The position numbers and the translations under genes are program-made. The notes under the pieces were generated by a model, which searched no databases, was not told the origin of the DNA, and was given only the letters and a program-made list of their open reading frames with translations. From assembly GCF_000143415.4 (NCBI RefSeq), contig NW_003314649.1:1-7863 (forward strand): a stretch of DNA of 7,863 nt, written 5' to 3'. This DNA is from Selaginella moellendorffii. Taxonomy: Eukaryota > Plantae > Lycopodiophyta. How positions within the stretch are numbered: position 1 is the stretch's first letter; each line of letters opens with the position of its first letter. This document shows, one piece after another, positions 1 to 7,681 of this stretch.

Positions 1-617
1 CTTTTGGGCACTTGTGAGTAGCAGATACCGCGTCGTGGCATTTGTATGGCATGTGCACAGGGATGTGTCTGGTGTATGTGAGGCTCTTGAACATGCGGTA
101 CACATCTAGTGCGCCCAGACATACATCAAACTCCTCCTCCTTCGGGTTCTTGATCCTTGAAGGATCGCTTGATCTTCTAGAGGGAAAGGTCCAAGCAAGG
201 AAGTAAGCCACCCTGCTCCTCAATAGTGTGGCTGGTGTGTTTGGTCGGATTTTAAAAACAACTATACTTCTAAGAGGAATTGTAATAACCACATCGTGTT
301 TGGACAGATGGGTCATGAGAAAAAACAAGATTCACTTACAAAACAATATTCCTTTCGAAATGTGAGCCCTTTCAACAATGCACAAGCAACAAAACGTCAG
401 CAAAATTCATAGCTGAGTCAGTTGCATAATGCAGCTAAGTTCTTTATAGTGAGGTTGCTCTGCAATCCTCATGGCCTTCAAAGCGGAAGCCCCAGCACTG
501 TTTTTCTCTCGCCCCAGCATTTGCCCCCAGAAAGCATAAGTTTTACAAGCAGTGCCCAGCAAATGCCGCAACCAGGTACCTGCCACCTTTCTGTTCTACG
601 AGAATGACAGGGGGGCC
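1..617 (+). repeat. ~780-bp tandem unit, type A, partial and deletion-riddled copy
   Basis: Homologous to 5699-6359 and more distantly to 618-1393. Confidence 0.9.
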
Positions 618-1393
618 TGTTATTTCCAGCTCAGGAAACGAGACAGCTACTGAGCTAAATATATCATGTGCTCCAGAGCTTCTCCTATTTCAGGCAAAAA
701 GACCACTAGACCCCACCCCATACATGTGGTGCTTTGGGGCATTTGTGAGTAGCAGATGCCGAGTGTTGGCATTTGCATGGCATGTGCACATGGATGTGTC
801 CGGTGTATGCGGGGCTCTTATTCGTTGCCGTCGCACAATACGCATCTGACACGACCCAGACACACATCAAACTCTGCCTCCTTTGGGTGCTTGATCCTTG
901 AGGGATTGCTTGATCTCCCAGAGTGCAAGGTCCAAGCAAGGAAGTACGCCATGACTGATGTATTTCTCGGTGTTGTTGGATCTTAAAAATGGCTGTGCTT
1001 TTGAGTTCCTGGCAAGGAATTGTATTCTCTTACGAATGAATCTTTGGTGTTTTTTCACAATCCATCTATCCAAACACAATGTTGTTATTGCATTTGCATA
1101 TTCCTTTCAAAAGTACAAAGAATGTGAAGCCATTTCAAGGCATCACACAACAATGTATGGGCGACAATGCGTTCAGAAAAATTCATAGCTAAGTTGGTCA
1201 CACAATGTTACCAGGAGTTCTTTATAGCTGCCTCGCTCCGCAATTCTTACTGCCTTTCAAAGCGCAAACCCCAGCACTGTTTGTCTCTCGCCCCAGCATT
1301 TGCCCCATGGGGGCATAAGTCTTACAAATATTTAGCAAATGCCGCACCGGGTGCCTACCACCTTTCTGTTGTGTGGGAATGACAAAGGGGCCC
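618..1393 (+). repeat. ~780-bp tandem unit, type B
   Basis: Begins tgttatttccag. Shares blocks with unit A (tgtgagtagcagat, catgtgcaca, aaggtccaagcaaggaagta, aaaattcatagct, ctcgccccagcatttgcccc). Followed by a ~20-bp stub of a third unit (ttgtatttccagcccaggaaa). Confidence 0.92.
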
Positions 1394-1618
1394 TTGTATT
1401 TCCAGCCCAGGAAAAAATAACTGATAAAAATTACCCGAGTTAATTTTATATTTTAAGCAAAAACATCTCTAGTAGATTTGCATCCATGGCCTGAGGACCT
1501 AGAGGCGCAAAGTCTGAAGGGTTGATCAATGAGAGTGCTCTGCGTTGTTGTGAAGATGACCGTTGAGATCTATTTTCAAATATTCTGGACTGCTTTCTTT
1601 TTTAATCTTTTCTTGCAG

Positions 1619-1984
1619 GCCGATGAAATGTAGTATGTTCTTGGGAGGATCTTGGCGGTGATGGCGTTCAAACCGGTCCTATAGGCTCAGGGCACAGGCC
1701 AGGTATGTCTCTCCACAGCCTTGATGGCAGGCACAGCTTGGATGGAATTTAGACTCTTCTGGAGAGACGTGCTAAAGCTACTAAGGTAACACGGAAGCCA
1801 CTACAGGGAAGTACCTTTCCCTTCTCTTTGTAACAGGTTGCATGCCAAGGTCGCTGGATACGTGCGTCAAGTTTATAGTGACTCTGGGAAAGGCGTGCAT
1901 GGCTTTTTATGGTCTCCCTCCCTTCAGGTAATGGCAGAAATCTGTTGGCAGAAATCTGTTTTGGGGGACTTGGGCGACAGTTAG
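1619..1984 (+). pseudogene. Possible decayed spliced gene fragment, no family recognised
   Basis: Acceptor-like ttttcttgcag at 1618 and a 51-nt GT..AG intron candidate at 1786-1836 with a polypyrimidine tract. The joined frame has only two internal TAG stops. Speculative. Confidence 0.2.
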
Positions 1985-2471
1985 AAGGTAGAAGGTGACG
2001 ACTGCCAGGCGACTAAATCAACTTTATTTTTGTGTAAACTTCGAATATACAAACAATTTTGGTCCCTGTTCCAACCAGATTAATGCTCCAATCTCGCAGC
2101 CAGTAAGTAGCCCTATCCGATCGAGATGAGGCAGAGATTGGTGTCGTGATTGGAAGGCAAGCAGGGGATGTGTTGTGCACGAGAGGTAACAAGAAAGATA
2201 AGTTCCAGAGTTTTCTTCGTAACTCTATATCATAAGTATGTTTTGAGTTAGCAACATAAGAACCTTTACTTGCCATGGTCTGCAAACCAGTCAAAAGTCC
2301 TTTCCAGTGACACACTAGTCATCTCGTGGTACGCGTAAGCTGCATTGAGCTCCTCTTGAATGTGATGCTCCCACTTCTTCAGGCTCACAGGAAAAGCATT
2401 CCTTCGCTCTAGAACAGCCCGCCAACCCACCCTCCGTCCATCGCTCCTCATGAAATCGTTCTTGTCTAGAA

Positions 2472-2840
2472 TAATAAAAATTAAAATTTTTAAATACTTA
2501 AGAAAAATTAACTTGAAATTGTTTTTATTTGTTTATATTGAAATTTTTAACATATTTAAATTTATATTATTATTTTTGTGGCACAATTTAACACTTTATA
2601 TATTCCAGAATATTTATCTTGCTTACAAAAAACATATGAATAAATTTGAAAATATATAATCAATAAATATATCCAGAAAAGTTAGAGATACATAGTCAAT
2701 TGTGTTTTATCATCTTCTCATCAAGGATTGTCCACAAAAGCTCCCTAAGGGATGAAGGTACACCTTCATCATCCATTTCCTTTGCTTTGCAGGAATGCAT
2801 TTGGATGATTGTACTATTGCCATAACACCCCATCCTAATG
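2472..2840 (+). repeat. ~370-bp imperfect direct repeat, copy downstream of the lectin gene
   Basis: Collinear with 4448-4807. Shared blocks include ttgtttatattgaaa, ttttgtggcacaatttaacactttatata, agaatatttatcttgctta, gttagagatacatag, ctaagggatga, gtacacctt, ccataacaccccat. Confidence 0.93.
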
Positions 2841-2956
2841 CTAAGACCAAGGTTAAGTTTGGAAATTTATTAACTATGAAATGGCGTTAGATGAATTTAA
2901 ATATAATAACAATATCATGACAATCTCTACCTTCCGTAAATATGCCTCACTAGTAG

Positions 2957-2973
2957 ATATATATATATATATA
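2957..2973. repeat. (AT)8 microsatellite
   Basis: atatatatatatatata read directly. Confidence 0.9.
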
Positions 2974-3464
2974 GGAAAAACTAAAGGCCTTACAATCTAA
3001 ATCAATTTTTAATAGTGTTTTCTTATCATTACATCAAAACAATTCTGCAAGGAAAAGAAAGAGTCTAAGAAATTACAAATTCAGTAACTATAAAATTATA
3101 ATTTTGAGTTTCAACTTGAAAATAAAATTCAAAGATAATTAGATTTAGAAAACATTCTCTAAAAGTTGTAAAACCAAGTAGCATAAGATCAATAAAAGGC
3201 TTATAATTCAATTTTTTTTATATTCAAGGTATTACATATAGAAATAATAAAATTAAATAATATTTAAATTAAATAAAAAATATATTATGTACATGAAAAA
3301 AATGGTTTGCTTACTAACTTAGTTACTTTAATATTTAATTTTGAACAATTACATAAACTTAATCGGTATACAATAATTGAACATTCTATTTACATATTTT
3401 CCAACTTTTTAAACAAAATAATTATAATAAGTTGTTTTATTTTACTTATTATATTCAAGATGAA

Positions 3465-3851
3465 TCAACAAAATGTATTTGAAGCCCAAATAGGATCTAT
3501 TAATGGATGAGTACTAAAATGTTTTTGATAACTTGAATATAAAACTAAATTACAATCATCTTGCATAATCAAATATGTATTTAAAAAACAATGAAGACGT
3601 TTGCAATTAGTACTAGATGCCCAAATTGCATGTTGTTTACCAGAATATAAAACTAAGTTTCCATCCTCTTGTAATCTTAAAACACAATTAAATTCATTAT
3701 TTGATGGTTTTATTGACCATAATATCTTATTGTTAGTATATAGTATCAATTCACAAAATATATTTAGATACAAGTGTGCTTTTTGATTTACAGAAATTAA
3801 GAAGTGTGTTTCTAATAAATATTGATGTGGCATATTAGGATATCCAGACAT
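3465..3851 (-). other. Bulb-type lectin (B-lectin, beta-prism II) domain, approx. aa170-297 of the CDS
   Basis: Three subdomain repeats: LNIFCELILY..ILWS, LQEDGNLVLY..IWASST, MQDDCNLVLY..IWASNT. C202 and C225 sit at the positions of the disulfide known in GNA. Domain start is approximate. Confidence 0.88.
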
Positions 3852-4358
3852 TATTATAGTTGTATATACATCACATCTTCTATTTTTCAAGTGCAAATTG
3901 GTTTTTGCATGTTGTATATGAGAGCGATAGTTTCTAATCATATATTGAAAAGCATAATTTTCAGCAACCACAGTGATATATGAAGCACCAAACTCCATCA
4001 TATCATCATAAGATTCTTCTAAAAGCCTACCTAATTCACCTCTTATAACTGATCCTCGATCTGTACCACCTGCAGCATTTACAGCACATTTTGCAAAAGA
4101 ATTCTCAATTGTACTATAAATCCAAATACTAATTGCAATAATTGTTTTTGTTCCATCATCATTTGTTAATTCTGCCTCACCATCTTGCCTTTGACCTCTT
4201 GGAATTATGGCATTAGGAATAGATGTGATCATAGCACGAATACCTCTAATAATTAAATGAACTGATTCTGAAGATAATACATCTAAATCACCTGCATCAA
4301 TTTGAAAAGGGCATACTTTTGAGACTAAAATTAATAAAAAATATATATAACACTTCAT
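3465..4358 (-). CDS. Secreted protein: signal peptide + unassigned N-terminal domain + C-terminal bulb-type (GNA-related, D-mannose-binding) lectin domain
   Basis: 297-aa uninterrupted ORF in AT-rich DNA where long ORFs are unlikely by chance. Third codon positions are strongly A/T. The N-terminus MKCYIYFLLILVSKVCP is signal-peptide-like. It has two canonical QxDxNxVxY motifs (QEDGNLVLY aa230-238, QDDCNLVLY aa266-274), each followed by IWAS(S/N)T as in Galanthus nivalis agglutinin-type lectins. Confidence 0.92.
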   Translation of the reverse strand: MKCYIYFLLILVSKVCPFQIDAGDLDVLSSESVHLIIRGIRAMITSIPNAIIPRGQRQDGEAELTNDDGTKTIIAISIWIYSTIENSFAKCAVNAAGGTDRGSVIRGELGRLLEESYDDMMEFGASYITVVAENYAFQYMIRNYRSHIQHAKTNLHLKNRRCDVYTTIIMSGYPNMPHQYLLETHFLISVNQKAHLYLNIFCELILYTNNKILWSIKPSNNEFNCVLRLQEDGNLVLYSGKQHAIWASSTNCKRLHCFLNTYLIMQDDCNLVLYSSYQKHFSTHPLIDPIWASNTFC

Positions 4359-4447
4359 TTTAAGTTTTTAATTTAGCTATGATTATCCTATTTATCTAAC
4401 ATTAAATATTATTATTACGCTTACTAAAATTTAAAAAATTATAATAT

Positions 4448-4807
4448 TAATAAAATTTAAAATTTTTAATTACTTAACAAAAACTTAACTTGAAATTTTT
4501 TTAATTTGTTTATATTGAAAAATTTAATATATTTAAAGTTATATTATTATTTTGTGGCACAATTTAACACTTTATATAATCTAGAATATTTATCTTGCTT
4601 ATACAAAAGACCTATGAATAAATTTGAAAACATATAAGTAATAAATATATTCAGAAGAGTTAGAGATACATAGCCAATTATGTTTTGTCTCATCAAGAAT
4701 TGTTCACGAAAGCTCTCTAAGGGATGAGTGTACACCTTGTATAAAAACCTGCAAAGTGCTCACCATTTTGATGTTCCACTCTACTACCATAACACCCCAT
4801 ACTTATG
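4448..4807 (+). repeat. ~370-bp imperfect direct repeat, copy ~90 bp upstream of the lectin ATG (probable promoter region)
   Basis: Collinear with 2472-2840. Promoter role is inferred only from position. Confidence 0.9.
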
Positions 4808-5245
4808 TAATTCACATTGTGCCACTGCCGAAATTTAACATCATCACTAAAAAATTCTCAATCCATGAGACTTTGAGCATTTTTTTCTATTTGCTTCCAC
4901 TAATATGGCATTTATACAAGATTCCATATAGAAATAACTTTGTGGTCTCAAGTAAGCTCACTCTATTGTTTTTAAGTACATACCTTTGTCTTACCCATTC
5001 CTCAGGAGTTGATTGCATACCAAAATGCCTATATTATATCAAAGATATTTGAAGTGCAAAATGAAAAAATTGAGAGATATATCCCAAATGTATATCACTT
5101 AAAATACCACATGAAATAAAGTTCTTTAAGCTGTTTTTCAAACAAATTCATTCATGCTTTTGGTCTTCTCTTGCAACAAATCATCTTTGAGCTTTAAACT
5201 CTGTGATGATGAAATCCTTGAATGGAAGTTACTCTCTGGCAAACA

Positions 5246-5297
5246 AAAAGGGTGGGCAAGTTTGGTTTTCACACCTATTGGACTTACCCACCCTCTT
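5246..5297 (+). other. Imperfect inverted repeat, ~21-bp stem-loop
   Basis: aaaagggtgggcaagtttggt / 10-nt loop / attggacttacccaccctctt gives 15 Watson-Crick pairs, 4 G-U pairs and 2 mismatches on the plus strand. Confidence 0.6.
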
Positions 5298-5580
5298 GTC
5301 CCCCATCTTAGGCCTTGCAAGGGGTCAGCAAGTGTGGTTCATGCATGTACCAAAATTGCCGTGCCTCCTCTTGCCTGATGGGGTGGCCATTGTTTCCGTG
5401 ATGTGCCCTCTGCAGAGTTGGACAAAGAAAAGGATATAACAAAAGAAAACAAACAAGAAAACCAGCTATCTCAACAATTACCTTTGGCACCATTGTCAAG
5501 ATCTCAGCACTCTCTGTCAGTGTGGTGAACATCCCTTGGTGCTCTCTCCTTTTTCTCTCAACATGGATGACACTCTCTCC

Positions 5581-6359
5581 TGTTATTTCCAGGCTATGAA
5601 ACTAAATAGCTACCAAGCTAAACACATCATGTGCTCCCAAGCTTCTCCCATGTCCAGTAAGAAGAAGTTTATGCCCACCAAACCCCATGCATGTGGTGCT
5701 TTTGGGCTTTTGTGAGTAGCAGATACCGCATGGTGGCATTTGTATGGCATGTGCACATGGATGTGTCTGGTGTATGTGAGGCTCTTGTTTGCCGGCAACG
5801 TGCGGCACACATCTAGTGTGACCCAGACATACATCAAACTCCTCCTCCTTTGGGTTCTTGATCCTTGAAGGATTGTTTGATCTCCTAGAGGGCAAGGTCC
5901 AAGCAAGGAAGTAAGCCACCTTGCTCCTCAATAGTGTGGCTGGTGTGTTTCTTGACGTGGTCGGATCTTAAAAACAGCTGTACTTCTAAGTTCCTGGTGA
6001 GGAATTGTATGGAAACGCAATAACCACATCGTGTTTGGACAGATGGGTCATGAGAAAAACCAAGATTCACTCGCAAAACAATATTCCTTTCAAAAGTACC
6101 AAGAAATGTGAGGCCCTTTCAGGGCATCACACAAGAATGCATAGGCAACAAAACGTTCAGCAAAATTCATAGCTGAGTCAGTTGCATAAGTCGAGGTTGC
6201 TCTGCAATCCTCATGGCCTTCAAAGCGCAAGCCCCAGCACTGTTTGTCTCTCGCCCCAGCATTTGCCCCGAGAAGGCACAAGTTTTACAAACAGTGCCCA
6301 GCAAATACCGCAACCAGGTACCTGCCACCTTTCTGTTCCACGAGAATGACAGGGGGGCC
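5581..6359 (+). repeat. ~780-bp tandem unit, type A, full copy
   Basis: Begins tgttatttccaggct and is collinear with the adjacent unit 6360-7135. Confidence 0.92.
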
Positions 6360-7135
6360 TGTTATTTCCAGCTCAGGAAACGAGACAGCTACTGAGCTAA
6401 ATATATCATGTGCTCCAGAGCTTCTCCTATTTCAGGCAAAAAGACCACTAGACCCCACCCCATACATGTGGTGCTTTGGGGCATTTGTGAGTAGCAGATG
6501 CCGAGTGTTGGCATTTGCATGGCATGTGCACATGGATGTGTCCGGTGTATGCGAGGCTCTTATTCGTTGCCGTCGAACAATACGCATCTGACACGACCCA
6601 GACACACATCAAACTCTGCCTCCTTTGGGTGCTTGATCCTTGAGGGATTGCTTGATCTCCCAGAGTGCAAGGTCCAAGCAAGGAAGTACGCCATGACTGA
6701 TGTATTTCTCGGTGTTGTTGGATCTTAAAAATGGCTGTGCTTTTGAGTTCCTGGCAAGGAATTGTATTCTCTTACGAATGAATCTTTGGTGTTTTTTCAC
6801 AATCCATCTATCCAAACACAATGTTGTTATTGCATTTGCATATTCCTTTCAAAAGTACAAAGAATGTGAAGCCATTTCAAGGCATCACACAACAATGTAT
6901 GGGCGACAATGCGTTCAGAAAAATTCATAGCTAAGTTGGTCACACAATGTTACCAGGAGTTCTTTATAGCTGCCTCGCTCCGCAATTCTTACTGCCTTTC
7001 AAAGCGCAAACCCCAGCACTGTTTGTCTCTCGCCCCAGCATTTGCCCCATGGGGGCATAAGTCTTACAAATATTTAGCAAATGCCGCACCGGGTGCCTAC
7101 CACCTTTCTGTTGTGTGGGAATGACAAAGGGGCCC
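6360..7135 (+). repeat. ~780-bp tandem unit, type B
   Basis: Nearly identical to 618-1393 (two substitutions seen). Confidence 0.92.
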
Positions 7136-7587
7136 TTGTATTTCCAGCCCAGGAAAAAATAACTGATAAAAATTACCCGAGTTAATTTTATATTTTAAGC
7201 AAAAACATCTCTAGTAGATTTGCATCCATGGCCTGAGGACCTAGAGGCGCAAAGTCTGAAGGGTTGATCAATGAGAGTGCTCTGCGTTGTTGTGAAGATG
7301 ACCGTTGAGTTCTATTTTCAAATATTCTGGACTGCTTTATTTTTTCGATGAAATGTAGTATGTTCCTGGGAGGATCTTGGCGGTGATGGCGTTCAAACCG
7401 GTCCTATAGGCTCAGGGCACAGGCCAGGTATGTCTCTCCACAGCCTTGATGGCAGGCACAGCTTGGATGGAATTTAGACTTCCGGAGAGATTCCAAAATC
7501 ATAGAGACGTGCTAAAGCTACTAAGGTAACACGGAAGCTACTACAAGGAAGAAGAGATGGAATTCTCTTTGTAACAGGTTGTTGGAT

Positions 7588-7681
7588 CGTCACCTTCTAC
7601 CTTCTAACTGTCGCCCAAGTCCGAGGGAGACCATAAAAAGCCATGCACACCTTTCCCAGAGTCACTATAAAATTGACGCAC
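7588..7681 (-). other. Segment inverted relative to 1862-2000 of the left repeat copy
   Basis: 7588-7622 is the reverse complement of 1966-2000. 7623-7681 is the reverse complement of 1862-1920 with two mismatches. Confidence 0.95.

Larger units (their letters stand above)
1..2172 (+). repeat. Long direct repeat, left copy (truncated by window start; true right end unknown)
   Basis: Aligns to 5699-7863. ORF pairs 756/6498, 867/6609, 958/6700 and 1167/6909 all have offset 5742. Confidence 0.97.

Noticed and set aside
422-1382. Short ORFs (61-81 aa) in the repeat units, and their twins at 5602-7124
   Set aside because: They overlap on both strands, have no recognisable domain, and are broken by stops and frameshifts between units A and B. 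Identity between twins only reflects DNA duplication.
1-1414. CRISPR array or other prokaryotic repeat system
   Set aside because: Repeats are ~780-bp collinear units, not short repeats with unique spacers. There are no cas genes or operon structure.
2266-2451. HIQEELNAAYAYHEM loosely resembles ferritin helix A
   Set aside because: Short resemblance only. The downstream EExxH ferroxidase motif is absent and the ORF ends after 61 aa.
2450-2659. AT-rich ORFs 2450-2659, 3307-3510, 3601-3786, 4547-4735, 4756-5052
   Set aside because: Low-complexity I/K/F/L/N composition. The frames are not conserved between the two 370-bp repeat copies, or they are antisense shadows of the lectin CDS.
2948-2973. 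cactagtag next to (AT)n as a CACTA or Helitron terminus
   Set aside because: No matching opposite terminus, target-site duplication or subterminal hairpin found.
4359-4400. TATA-like ATAAATA and TAAAATG start context (viral-promoter-like); AAAATTGA motifs near 3002, 3208 and 5065
   Set aside because: Expected by chance in such AT-rich DNA, and the AAAATTGA copies are not placed upstream of the gene on its strand.
2470-5135. Fungal repeat-induced point mutation as the cause of AT richness
   Set aside because: The long repeats are the GC-richer part and retain abundant CpA/TpG, while the AT-rich part holds an intact ORF.
5138-5532. ORFs of 60-78 aa between the island and the repeat dimer
   Set aside because: Mutually overlapping on both strands with no motif. 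A decayed coding origin cannot be excluded but is unsupported.
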